A DNA stretch of 64,000 bases, from the NCBI RefSeq assembly GCF_009914755.1, contig NC_060929.1; one strand, written 5' to 3'. A program made the translations under genes and the position numbers. Of this stretch, positions 34,195 through 47,156 are shown one piece after another. The notes below the pieces were generated by a model that was not told where the DNA came from, ran no database searches, and saw only the letters and a list, made by a program, of their open reading frames with translations. The DNA comes from the human T2T-CHM13v2.0 reference genome, Homo sapiens. Within the stretch, counting starts at the first letter, position 1, and every line of letters begins with the position of its first letter.

Positions 34195-34572
34195 TGATAT
34201 GGTTTGACTCTGTGCCTCACCCAAATTTCATGTTGAATTGTCATCCCCAGTACTGGGGGATGGGCCTGGTGGGAGGTGATTAGACCATGGGGGCAGACTT
34301 CCCTTTCACCATTCTTGTGATTTTGAGTTCTCTCCCGCTCTGGTTGTTTAAAGGCATGTGGCACTTCCCCCTTCCTTCTCTCTCTCCTGCTCTGATATGT
34401 GAAGACATGCTTGCTTTCCCTTTACCTTCCGCCATGATTGTGAGTTTTCTGAGGCCTCCCAGCCATGCTTCCTGTACAGCCTGTGGAAGTGTGAGTCAAT
34501 TAAACCTCTTTTCTTCATAAATTACCCAGTTTTAGGAAGTTATTTTTAGCAGTGTGAGAATGGACTAATACA
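34195..34572 (+). mobile_element. MSTA/THE1D-type MaLR solo LTR
   Basis: tgatatggtttg...gaatggactaataca, flanked by tagc on both sides. Confidence 0.9.
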
Positions 34573-35349
34573 TAGCACATGTCAATTCAGTTTCTTTCCT
34601 ATTCACCTTTGAACAGTGGAACTTACTGTAATAATGGATATGTTCTATGTCAGGCAACTGATGTGTCGGGCAGCACCGCTATAGTGAATAACATTATTGA
34701 AATATTTTTTTCGATCAACTGTTGTAGAACATTAGGGTTTTTTTAAATGGGGCTATTATAAACAGTGGTGCTATAATACATTTGTCCACATCTAATGGTG
34801 CACATATGTACTCATTTTGTTATACCTATATCTACCTTAGAGAATGTGTATGTTCCAATTAAATAGATAGTAATAGAGATTGTTTTCAAACTATTTGTAC
34901 TCATTTAGTTACACTGGGAACCATGAGAATTCTTATTGCTCATTGAGCATTTCAACCCTCAGCATTATTGTTTTGTTTTATTTTGTTTTTCTCAGTTTCA
35001 CTTATCTAGAGGAGATGCAGTGGCATCATATCATGATTTATTTTACATTTTCTTGATTATTATTGAGGTTGAAAAACCATTATATTCTTATTGACCATCT
35101 GGATATCTAATTCTGTGAAATGCTTTTTAAATTACATTTCCAATTTTTTCAGTATGTTATTAACTTGTAGAAGTTAGATACATTCTGGCTCAGACCCTTT
35201 GTTGGGTTTATGTCTGGCATATATCTGCTACTATTCTGTTGTTTTCTTTGTACTTTTACAAAAGGTCTTAGCGTGACCCAATTTATTTTATTTTAATACA
35301 GTTTGATTTTTAAATGTTTTTCCTTAAGATTAGTACCTTTGGTGTTACA

Positions 35350-35672
35350 CAGTCATCTCTTGGTCTCTGCAGGGTATTGGCTCCAGGAACTCTTAAGTTT
35401 ACCAAAATCCATGAGTGCTCAAGTCAGTAATATAAAATAGCATAGCATTTGCATATTACCTGCACATATCCTCCGTATACTTTAAATCCCCTCTAGATTA
35501 CTTATAATACCCAATACAATACAAATATTATGTAAATCATTATACTATATTCTTGTCTTTTGTATTATTTGTTATTGTTGTACTCTTATTTCTTTTAAAC
35601 GTTTGAATATGTCTGATTCATGATTAGTTGAATTCATAGATGCAAAAGCCCCATGTACAAGGGGGCCAAATG
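35350..35672 (+). mobile_element. MER2 TcMar-Tigger MITE
   Basis: cagtcatctcttgg...accaaaatccatgagtgctcaagtc...ctctagattacttataatac matches the recalled MER2 consensus. Confidence 0.85.
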
Positions 35673-37027
35673 CATATGAAAAAAATTTTGAAATTTAAAG
35701 CCTTGTAACTGCTCTTTTATGTTTTATTCTAGAAGATTTATAGTTTGATCTTCCACTTTCAGATATGCAATTTCATTGGGATTAATTTTTAAGAATATAA
35801 TAAAGTAGAAGTTAAATTATTTTTCATAAGACCAGGCAGTTGACTTAGAAGAATTTACTGAGAAGTTTCAACTCTTTTTCCTATCAAGAGTCCAGATAAG
35901 TTTGAATGTTTTATTTTTTTCTTGGCACTCACTCTTCTGCCCAGTTTATTTATTTGTTATCCTTGGACCTTGCTCTTGTTGGTGAGATTTTTCTCTTAGT
36001 TTGACCTATTGATGACCTATAAGAAATATAGATATTATTTTATTATTTATTTTATGCAGTCACATTATTGAGCACCCTAACGAGGGAATTTTCAGGAAGG
36101 CTGTGCTGCCGTTTGCAATGGTGATATTGTTTTCTCATCCTTTACAGTATTCGTGACCATGCATGTGTGTGTGTACATGTGTTATTATTTTGGCTAGAAA
36201 ATTCATATCAATGTTACCACAAGTGGTGATGGCACACAAGCATAAACAATTTATTATCTTGAATGTAAATACAGCTATTGTAATGATTGTATATGATATT
36301 GAATTTATCAAGAAAAGAATAATATTTCCAGGAAATAATATTTTTAAACAAAATAATAGTGAATATAATAAGGACAATACTAAAAAGAGGATTACAAAGT
36401 AATCTTAAGAGTGCTTATTTTTGTGAACATTATTACACTTCCTGCTCCTCTTGAAATTATACAACAATAGATTGACGTGTTGTTCACTTCTTCATGGGTA
36501 CAGGATTTGTACTTTATTTATAACATATTGGATGCTTAAATGTTATTTGATATGCATGTTTGTTTCTGCTTATATTTAAATATTTTATATATTATCTTGG
36601 ATTAGTGGCTGTGACTAAATTGGTAGAATATATTTAGAGTATATAGATAATTTTGCCACTAAACATTTCTCTTTTTTTCATCCTAAATGCAATAAAATAC
36701 ATATACAAATTAAATGTACCAGCTTAACTGAGGGTATCATTGTAGGAAAACAGGCAACGGAAGATAAATTCCTGTTTTAAATATAATAACCTGTGGTAGC
36801 TGGAAAATTAGAAGCATGTCCTAATATTTGGGATAAGAGGGCCAGTGAATTGGGGGAGTATAAGTCCGAGTAATGTGTTAGGGCCGCTGGGGTGAGTAGT
36901 TTTCTTCAGTTCAAATAATATAATAAAAATAGACTCACTGAATGTCTCCAAACAAGAACTAATAAATAGAACTGTTTTCCTTTAAAAAATGTGTTGTGCT
37001 GAGATAGCTGCAATATGCAGCCATACA

Positions 37028-37260
37028 TGGTAGTGTTAAAGAGACTGAATGTAAAATCTCTTAAAACCCTCCATTGACTAAGTGTCTTACTTTGGAAAAG
37101 CCATTTAATCTCTATAAAAATTAAATTCCCTTATATGTGTAAGAGATAACATACTAGTAACATTACAGAATTTTATAAAAATTAAATGATAAAATCTTAG
37201 TAAAATTTACAATGTATTGCCTGCTGCCTAGTATAAGCTTAATAAATGCTAGCATTATTT
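37028..37260 (+). mobile_element. MIR SINE relic
   Basis: actttggaaaagccatttaatctct core and ...gcttaataaatgctagcattatt end. Confidence 0.65.
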
Positions 37261-40089
37261 ATGTTTTTGTCATTTTGCTGTCCTTAAAGTTATAGCCATT
37301 CAAATCTGCAGTCACTGAAAAGGACATTAAAATCCTAAAATAGGTAGATTACTTTACAAAGAGTGTTTTATATACCAGCAAAAATATGAGTCAATTTTGA
37401 ATTTCCTTACTTCTGGTTTGCTAACACTGTTTGTAGTTAACATAGTTCAATGCTAAATTATTGCGTGGGAAGGAAAGCAAATAATATTTAAATTATTCAA
37501 ATGTTTGACTAAGCTGGCAATAATAATTCATTCTAACTTTCTGATCAGTAACTGGAAAGGAAAGGGGCAGAAATGCATCACTCACTGAATATTTTACAAT
37601 CCATTTACATAAATATTGGTGAAATGAATGATATTTTAAAAAAGCACACAACTCTACATCCAATAAAATATGCTACTCTCATTATTATCAACAAGACAGG
37701 TTCTAAAAGTGTTGGCAGATCTATACATTTAGGTTAGTAATATTCAGTTATTCACTTTTATGCTTACATAAGTATATCAAGCATAGAAATATGTATTTGT
37801 GAATGTGCTGTAATCTATTTTTAAAGCATATATTGAGAAAAGGAATGGTTTCTTGCACAAGACTAAAAAACAAAAGGGAAATTATGTGTTCACATGATTA
37901 CATGCCTATATAATTTATTCTAAGTGCATGAATATTAGATCAAATTCTACTTCAAAATCCTAAAACCAATTGTCGTAGTTATAGGTAGTGATAATATTAC
38001 ACTGACAAAGACGCACAAGGAACTGATTTTAGAATGTTTAGGACTACTGTATGCAATAGGACTAACCGAATCAGTGGCTGCAGGAAAAATCTACTAAATT
38101 TACGGAGGCTATCATTAAGTTTATAAAGAAATTACTGAATAAAATTTGATTAAAAAATCAAACTATACATCATTTGTCATTCTATTTAAATAGGTAGTTT
38201 TGGTGTCTGGAAAGATTTGTAAGTTTTTTTTAACAAATACTTGATAAGCCACTTCTGAGTTGAAGATGGATTAGAAAACTTAAGTTAAAAAAATAAAGAA
38301 GTTAAAGCAAAATTAAAAGTAAATTAACAGAGAAGTTGCTGTCATTTATCATACCTTAATAGAAAAATTCTCTCTCCTACAGAATTTAGTAGTCCATCAT
38401 CTTCAGTAATCACCTTTGTAGTTTTGAATGCTAGTAGCTTCTTCATTTCAGAATAGTCACATCAATCACCTCCTAAAGATTTCTAGTCAGTGGAGTTAAT
38501 AAGAATTGTGCACATCAGCTGATGATTTAGGAGAGGTGAAAAAGAAACCTGTGATAATACAGCAGTCAGAGACATTATGGGTGAATCACTGAGGAAAATT
38601 TCAGGAAAATGTCACAAAAATATTTTTTGATGAATTCGAACTGAGGTATTTGTTTCTGCACTTTGATATAAAAGGTTTTGAATCAGTTATGTGTGTTTCA
38701 GTTAAAGCAACTTCAAAAAAAGTAGCAATGTTTATGGTTTGTGTAAGTTTGCAGAATTAATGGTATTTGGTCATTTGCAATTAGTTAATTTTTTTTAATT
38801 ATATGCCTAATATCTATTTTATATATAGGGCTGTAAACAAGAACTTATAGAGTTTTTTGTGCAATACAGACCAAAATAAGTGTTTCTCCAATTCAATGTG
38901 GTAAAATAATTAAACTGTATAACATATTCTTAAAGTTTATGTAAAATTCTAGTGCATGCCTGTGTTTATAGAGCTCCAGCTGTCAAAACTCAGGGAAAAT
39001 ATCATAAAGTGGAAAAGCTCTATAAAAATCAAATAAAAGTAGTGATAATACACTTTAAAAATTGTTTACACACACAAATGATGGCAATTATAAATAGTAT
39101 CACGTTTTATCTAATAAAAGTTGAAGTGTTTTAAAATATGTGTAAACTTAAAAAATCCTAAGGCCATTAAAATGGCATTCAAACATTAAATATATAGAAA
39201 GAATGTTTGGTTTAAATAAAATGCAAATGCTAGTATATAAAGACACTATGCATTAAATAAAACAGTGGCATGACCACCACAAAGTAGCTTAGTTTATAAA
39301 TAATTAATAAATCCTAGGTAAGGTGCTGGTAAATACTGCAAAAAAAATGAAAAAGGTAAGCTAAAAGATATATACCTTTATAAATATACATACTCTTGTA
39401 TCTGTATGTCCATATATATAAAGCTATATATGTATATGCATGTATACACCTATAAAAAGCTGATTGATTTCCAAATTGACATTTATATTTTATAAACATA
39501 CAGAAAATATAAACAAAATGTAAATGTAAAAATCTTCATAATCCCACCCAATACAAACAGCATTTTCATTTTGTGTGAACAGTATAAGAGTATAAGGAGT
39601 ACGGTATAAGAGATCATACAGATACGGTATTTACAATAATACATTTTCAATGGCTTGATGATACATTATCTTCTCTAAGGTCCATAATGTTTTTAATCAA
39701 CTTTGAGTTTGTCACCCTACTATCCCCAAAACATTTAACATACCATTATTTTTATATTTACACCTTATGCAAATCCTGTGACATTTCTGTCAGCTCTTAA
39801 TGTTAGGTTTATAACGAATACAAATATATATGATTCAAATATATTGAAATACCTTTACCTCATTAAATGTTCTTGGAAAGTGCATTACTTACAGTAAAAG
39901 TATCATAGAAAATATCTTTCTCTGAAATGTTAAAGCCTCTACCAAAAAAGTTGGTCATAAAACCATTTTAGGCAGATATAAAGTCCCCCTTTTTTTTAAA
40001 AGAAAGTAATACCTCCTTAATTATACAGAAAGTTTTATACTATTTTACATACAAATCACTTTATATTTTTCCTTTCATGTGTTTTTATA

Positions 40090-41031
40090 TATTATATTGA
40101 AGCTTAATACTGCAATAAAAGTCTGAAAAATATAACTGCAGTACTTGAAGCCGCCTCCTCACTGCAACCCAAAGGAAACATACATGTGTAATGACAACCC
40201 AGATCAAGATACAGCGTGTTACTGGCACCCATAAACCTCACTAGTACTTACTAACAGTTCACTACTCCCCTGAAAATTTAACCAATATTCTCACTTGTAT
40301 CACTTTGCAGTAGGGGAGTAATGATTCCCAAAGACGTTGATGTCTTCTTCCCTGGTGCTTATGAATATGTTGTTCCATGGCAAATGAGGATTAATCATGA
40401 AGAATTCATTCAGGTTTGCTCTTCAGCTCACCTTAAAATAAGTAGAATATCCTGGATTATGCAGTTTGTCCCTGTGTAATCACAAGGGTGGTTACAAATG
40501 GAAGAGGGATGTAAAAGAGTCAGAGAAAGAGAAAGAGTTGTGGCAACAGAAGCAAAAATCTGAACAATCATTGGCTTTTGAGATGGAGGAGGGGAGGCAC
40601 AAACCCAGGAATGAAAGCATCCTCTACAAACCAGGAAAGGCAAAGAAATGGAATCCCCTTGGAGTCTCCAGAAAGAATGCAGCCTACTCACACATTAATT
40701 TTTCCTCAGTGACACTCCTTTCAAACTCCCAGAGTCCAGAACTGTAAGAGAATATTTTTGTGTTGTTTAAGCAAGTAAATTTATGGCGATTGGTTACAGC
40801 AGCAATAGGAAACTAATACACACTTAGATTACTTCTTTTTGAATTTTATATAAATTGAGAATACAATCTGTACTTTTTGTGTCCAATTTCCATCACATAG
40901 CATTATAATACTGATAGTGATGTATAGGGCTACTTCATTCAATTCACTACTGTTTAGTATTCCATTATAATAAAACACCAGAATATACTGGAAAATTTGT
41001 GTCTCTTCTAGTATTGTTGACCTTTGTGGAG
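40090..41031 (-). mobile_element. Old L1M relic (host of MLT1D and HERV-L), left part
   Basis: cacccagatcaagatacag-like and ttttatataaattgagaatacaatctgtac...tagtattccatt antisense L1ME-like phrases. Confidence 0.5.
40306..40820 (+). mobile_element. MLT1C/D-type MaLR solo LTR
   Basis: tgcagtagg...gttacagcagcaataggaaactaataca. Perfect 5-bp TSD cactt at 40301-40305 and 40821-40825. Confidence 0.9.
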
Positions 41032-41548
41032 TGTGATGGTTAATACTGAGTGTCAGGGAAACAAAGTGTTGACCCTGGGTGTGTCTGTGAGTGCATTGCC
41101 AAAGGAGATTAACATTTGATACAGTGGGCTAGGAAAGGCAGACCCACCCTTAATCTGGGTGGGCACAATCTAATCAACTGCCAGTGCGGCTAGACTACAA
41201 GCAGGCAGAAAAATGTGAAAAGAGAGACTGGCCTAGCCTCCCAGCAGACATCTTTCTCTTATGCTGGATTCTTTCTGCCCTCAAACATCAGATTCCAAGT
41301 TCTTCAGTTTTGGAAATCGGACTGATTCTCCTTACTCCTCAGTCTGCAGACAGCCTATTCTGGGACCTTGTGATCATGTGAGTTAATACTTAATAACCTC
41401 GTATTCCATCTATATATTCCCCATCTATATATTCCTCATATTCCATCTATATATTACTTTATATATAATTATATATTAATATTAATTATATTATATATAT
41501 ATATATATTCCATTAATTCTGTTTCTCTAGAGAACCTTGACTAATACA
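41032..41548 (+). promoter_or_regulatory. MLT2A1-type 5' LTR
   Basis: tgtgatggttaatactgagtgtca...gagaaccttgactaataca, with an internal TA-rich expansion at 41401-41510. Confidence 0.92.
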
Positions 41549-41553
41549 GATTT

Positions 41554-41571
41554 TGGTATCAGGAGTGTTTC
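41554..41571 (+). promoter_or_regulatory. Primer-binding site (tRNA-Leu type)
   Basis: tggtatcaggagtg follows the 5' LTR after gattt, as in ERV-L elements. Confidence 0.75.
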
Positions 41572-41640
41572 CAGAGGAACAGACTATTAAGGATGAAGTT
41601 ATTTCGTTGGTTTTAGAGTTTCTGGAGTTGGCTGCTTAAT

Positions 41641-43320
41641 ATGATTAGACCCCAAAATGCTAAGGACTCTGCTTCTAATAGTATGGAGAACACTAATAGT
41701 CTTGGCAGAAACTGTTTAGAGAGTTATGTAAAATAAATGCAATTGACACTCCTGATTCACTGCTAGTGAGAGGCAAGGAGTTTAGTGACTCCATACATAA
41801 TACCTCTGACCATACAGGGAGAAATAAGGAACACAGTGAAGCTGGTTGGTTGCTCCTAAGTGAAAGAAAATGGTCAACTCAGGGATTCTATCTCCTAGCT
41901 TCAGAAGCAGATGCTGAGCCTCAAATCTGCTAAGATTGCTCTGAGTGAGAGTCTTATCTCCTGTAGAGAAAGAGCTGAAATTGTGGAAAAATAGACACAA
42001 GCTCTAATCCTGCTAGTGGTTGACCTGCAACAAAAGGAGCAGGCACAGCCTCGCCAGGTGTCTACTGTTAAAGAGAGGGCATTCATTGAAAAGAATGGGA
42101 CCCTGCAACTTGGAATGGGAACAGATGGGAGGACCTTGATGAAGCTGAGGACACTGAGTTTTTAAATACTGACAAACAATTTTTGCCAGAAGAAACAGTT
42201 TCCCCATCCCCAGTAGTGGCAACATCTCCCTGGTCCAGGCTACCATCAGCCTTTCCACCTTTGTCTGAGGAGATAAACCCTGTGTTGCCTGAGGCAACAC
42301 TGATGGCCTCCCCTGAGGCAGTTTCCAGGCAAAATAATGTTGATTCCCCTCAGGTGCCACCAGCAATACCCCTGTTTGCTTCTAGACCTATAATTCAACT
42401 AAAGTTCTGGTGGGCTCCTAGAGGTGAGGTTGAGAGTGTGACCCATGAGGAGGTGCACTACACTCAAAAAGAACTGCTTGAGTTTTCTAATTTATATAGA
42501 CAGAAATCTGAAGAAAAGGCATGGGAATGAATATTATTAAGGATGTGAAATAATGGCAGACAGAACATAGAGTTGAATCAGGCTGAATTTATTGATTTGG
42601 GCCCACCAAATAGGGACTCTGCATTTAATGTTGTAGTTTGGGGAGTTAAAAAAGGTTCTAAAAGTTTATTTGCTTGGTTAGCTAAAATATGGATTAAAAG
42701 GTGGCCCACAGTGAGTGAGCGGCAAATGCCTGATCTCCCTTGGTTTAATGTAGAGGAAGGAATCCAAAGGCTTGGGGAGATTGGGATGGTGGAGTAGATT
42801 AGTCACTTTAGACCTACTCATTCCAGCTGGGAGGGTCCAGAAGATATACCCTTAACCAATGCCTCACAAAATAGATTTGTGAAGGCAGCACTTGCATCTT
42901 TGAAGGGCCCTGTAATTGTTCTTTGTAAGTCAGATCTAATGGTAGGAACTGCTGTCACTCAACTACAAAATGTAAATACAATGGGAATAATTGGATCCTG
43001 AGGTGGCAGGGGCCAAGTGGCAGCATTCAACCACCAAAGGCAAGGTGGGCATAGCTACTGTAATGGATGGCAGAGGCAAAGCAGCAATCAGAACAGTCTA
43101 ACTCTTGTGGAGCTCTGGCATTGGCTAATTAATCATGGTGTTCCTAGAAGTGAAATTGATAGGAAGCCTACTGCATTCCTACTTAATTTATACAAGCAGA
43201 AAACTTCTAGGTCAAATGAATAAAAGACTAATTTGAATTTTTTAAAAAAAGAGAGAATCACTGCCTCTCAATCAATTTCCAGACTTGAGCCAGTTCAAAG
43301 ACCCAGAACCCCTTGAGTGA
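41641..43320 (+). pseudogene. gag: HERV-L gag, disrupted (start approximate)
   Basis: Fragments such as EEVHYTQKELLEFSNLYRQK, QAEFIDLG, LPWFNVEEGIQRL and LWHWLINHGVPRSEID. Ends at TGA 43318-43320. Confidence 0.85.
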
Positions 43321-46300
43321 AGGGGATGCCCCATCCTTTTGATGTAGGACCCCACTACATTACTGACGATTTATGCAGTGAATGTTTCTTCCATTCTTCC
43401 CCGTGGAGATTTCTGGCCTTTTACCAGTGTAACTGTGCACTGGGGAAAGGGAAATAATCAGACAACTCATGGACTACTGGATGCTGGCTCTGGGCTGACA
43501 TTGATTCGGGGGACCCAAAGTAGAGGCTTATGGAGGTAAGGTGATTAATGGAGTTTTGGCTCAAGTCTAACTTACAGTGGGTCCAGTGGTTCCCTGGACT
43601 CACCCTGTGGTCATTTCCCCAGTGCCAGAATGCATAGTTGGCATAGACATATTAAGCAGCTGGCAGAACCCCCACATTGGCTCCCCTACTGGTAGGGTGT
43701 GGACTATTATGGTGGAGAAGGCCAAATGGAAGCCATTAGAGCTGCCTTGACCTAGAAAAATAGTAAATCAAAAAATAATACCACATCCATGGAGGGACTG
43801 CATAAATTAATGCCACCATGAGGGACTTGAAAGACACAAGGGTTGTGATTCCCACCACATCTACATTCAACTCTTCCATTCAGCCTGTGCAGAAGACAGA
43901 TGGATCTTGGAGAAAGACAGTGGATTATTATAAGCCTAACTAACTGTTGACTTCAATTGCAGCTGTGGTACCAGATGTGGTTTCATTGCTTGAGCAAATT
44001 AACACATCTCCTGGTACCTGGTTTGCAGCCACTGACTTGGCAAATGCCTTTTTCTCCACTCCTGTCCATAAGGCCCACCAGAAGCAATTTGCCTTCAGCT
44101 GGCAAGGCCAACAATATACCTTTACTGTCCCGCCTTGGGGGTGTATTAACTCTCCAGCTTAGTGTTATAATCTTATTTGGACAGACCTTGATCATTTTTT
44201 GCTTTTACAAGATATCACTCTGGTCCATTACATTGAAGACACTATGCTGATTGGATCCAGAGACCAAAAAGTAGCAAACACACTGGGCTTATTGATGAGA
44301 CATTTGCATGCTAGAGGTTGGGAAATAAATTCGACTGAAATTCAGAGAGCGTCTACCTCAGCAAAATTTCTAGGGATCCAGTGGTGTAGGGCCTGTGGAG
44401 ATATTCCTTTTAAGGTGAAGGATAACTTGCTGCATTTGGCTCCTCCTACAAGCAAGCAAGAAGAACAATTCCTAGTGGGCATGTTTGGATTTTGGAGGCA
44501 ACACATTCCTCTTTTAGGTGTGTTACTCTGACTCATTTATTGAGTAACCCGAAAGGCTACCAGTTTTGAGTGGAGTCCAGAGCAGGAGAAGGTTCTACAA
44601 CAGGTCTAAGGTGCTGTGCAAGCTGCTCTGTCACTTGGGCCAGATGACCCAGCAGATCCAATAGTGCTTGATGTGTCAGTGGTAGATAAGGATGCTGTTT
44701 AGAGCTTTTGGCTGGCCCCTATAGGTGAATCACAGCAGAGACTTCTAGGATTTTGGAGCAAAGCCCTGCCATCTTCTGCAGATAACCACTCTCCTTTTAA
44801 GAGACAACTCTTGGCCTGTTACTGGGCTTCGATGGAAATGGAACATATGACTATGGGTCATCAAGTCACCATGTGACCTGAACTGCCTATCATAAACTGG
44901 GTGCTTCCTGACCCATCTAGCCATTAAGTGGGTCGTGCACAGCAACATTCCATCATCAAATCAAGTGATACGTTAGTGACCCGGTTTGAGCAGGTCCTGA
45001 AGGCACAAGTAAGTTACATGAGGAAGTGGCTCAAATGCCCATGGTCTCCACTCCTGCCACCCTGCCTTCTCTTCCCCAGCCTGCACTGATGGCCTCTTGG
45101 AAAGGTCCCTATTATCAGTTGATAGAGGAAGAGAAGACTAGGGCCTGGTTCACAGATGGTTCTAAATGCAGAATGGTATGCAAGCACCACCTGAAAGTGG
45201 ACAGTGGCAGGAGTACAGCCCCTTTCTAGGACATCCATGAAGGACAGTGGTGAAGGGAAACCTTCCCAGCGGGCAGAACTTTGAGCAGCACACCTGATTG
45301 TGCACTTTGCATGGAAGGAGAAATGGTCACAAATGGAATTATATACTGTTTGATGGGTTGTAGCCATAGTTTGGGCGAATGGTCAGGGACTTGGAAGAAG
45401 CATGATTGGAAAATTGGTGACAAAGGAATTTGGGGAAGAGGTATGTGGATGGACTTCACTGAGTGGTCAAAAACCATGAAGATATTTGTATCCCATGTGA
45501 ATGCTCACCAAGAAGTGACGTCAGCAGAGGAGAATTTTAATAATCAAGTGGATAGGATGACCTATTATGTGGACTCCACTCAGCCTCTTTCCCCAGCCAC
45601 CCCTGTCATTGCCCAAGGGGCCAATGAACAAAGTGGCCATGGTGGCAGGAAAAGAGGTTACACATGGGCTCAGCAAAATGGACTTCCACTTACCAACGCT
45701 GACCTGGCTATGGCCACTGCTGAATGCCCAATTTGCCAGCAGCAGATATCAATATTGAGCCCTCAATATGTCACCATTCCTCAGGGTGAACTGCCCACTA
45801 CCTGGTGGCAGGTTGATTATATTGGACCTCTTCCATCATGGAAAGGGCAGAGGTTTGTCCTCACTGGAATAGACACTCCAGATATGGGTTTGTGTATTTT
45901 GCATGCAATGCTTTTGCCAAGACTACCATCCATGGACTCACGGAAATGCCTTATCCACCATCATGATATTCCATAAAGCATTGCATCTGACCAAAGTACT
46001 CATGTTATGGCTAAAGAAGTGCATCAGTGGGCGCATGCTCATGGAATTCACTGGTTTTACTATGCTCCCCATCATCCTGAAGCAGCTGGATTGATAAAAT
46101 GGAATGGCCTTTTGAAGTCACAATTACAATGCCAGCTAGATGACAATACTTTGCAGGGCTGGGACACAGTTGTCAAGAAGGAAGTGTGTGATCTGAATCA
46201 GTGTCCAACCTATGGTACTCTTTCTCCCATAGCGAGGATTCATGGGTCTGGAAATCAAGGGGTGGAAGTGGAACTGGCACCACTCACCATCTCCCATAGT

Positions 46301-46825
46301 GATCCACTAGCAAAATTTGTGCTTCCTGTTCCCAAGACATTATGTTCTGCTGGCCTAGAGGTCTTAGTTCCAGAGGGAGAAATGCTGACATCAGGAGACA
46401 CAACAAAGATTCCATTAAACTGGAAATTAAGAGTGCTATCTGGACACTTTAGGCTCCTCCTACCTTTAAGTCAACAGGCTAAGAAGGGAGTTACAGTGTT
46501 AGCTGTGGTTTTTGACCCAGCCTATCAAGATGAAATCAATCTACTACTCCACAATGGAGGTAAGGAAGAGTACGCATGGAATGCGGGAGATCCATTAGGA
46601 TGTCTCTTAGTATTATCATGCCCCATGACTAATATCAATGGGACACTACAACAGTCCAATCCAGGCAGGACTACAAATGACCCAGACCCTTCAGGAACGA
46701 AGGTTTGGGTCACTGCATCAGGAAAAAAAGCACAACCTGCTGAGGTACTTGCTGAAGGCAACAGGAACACAGAATGGGTAGTAGAAGAAGGTAGTCATCA
46801 ATACCAGCTACGACCACGTGACTAG
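43321..46825 (+). pseudogene. pol: HERV-L pro-pol-dUTPase, disrupted
   Basis: Protease LLDAGS (43474-43491), RT DLANAFFS and HYIED, RNase H AWFTDGS, IN zinc finger CPIC and WQVDYIGPLP, dUTPase GLEVLVP...FDPAYQDEI. Confidence 0.92.
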
Positions 46826-47144
46826 CTACAGAAATGAGGACTGTAATTCTCATGAGTATTTCTTCCTTCTTTTGTTAAAAACAGGTTTGTGCATGTATAC
46901 TCTTGTACTAAGAAAATATATTCATTTTATCTCCTTTTCCTTTATCACATGACATAATATTTATTGACTTTACATCAGCATTTAAGTATTGTTAACTTTC
47001 TGTAATATTATTTGGTTTGGGGATTGGCGCTTTTCAGTTGTACAAAGGGTAGTTGTATTATGTTAGGCATAATTCTGACTTTACTATTGTCTTCATTTGA
47101 AGATTATGTGTGATTTCAGGAGATGTGTATGGGTTCAAGTTGAC

Positions 47145-47156
47145 AAGGGGTGGCCT
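47145..47156 (+). promoter_or_regulatory. Polypurine tract of HERV-L
   Basis: aaggggtggcct immediately before the 3' LTR. Confidence 0.7.

Larger units (their letters stand above)
33890..35970 (-). mobile_element. Old L1M (L1ME-like) relic hosting MST and MER2
   Basis: Antisense L1M 3'UTR phrases (atataaatggaaaaatacagtattcac...tctggcttctc; ggggctattataaacagtggtgctata). Confidence 0.55.

Noticed and set aside
46826-47156. env gene in the HERV-L
   Set aside because: Only ~330 bp of AT-rich non-coding sequence separates pol from the 3' LTR, and ERV-L elements lack env.
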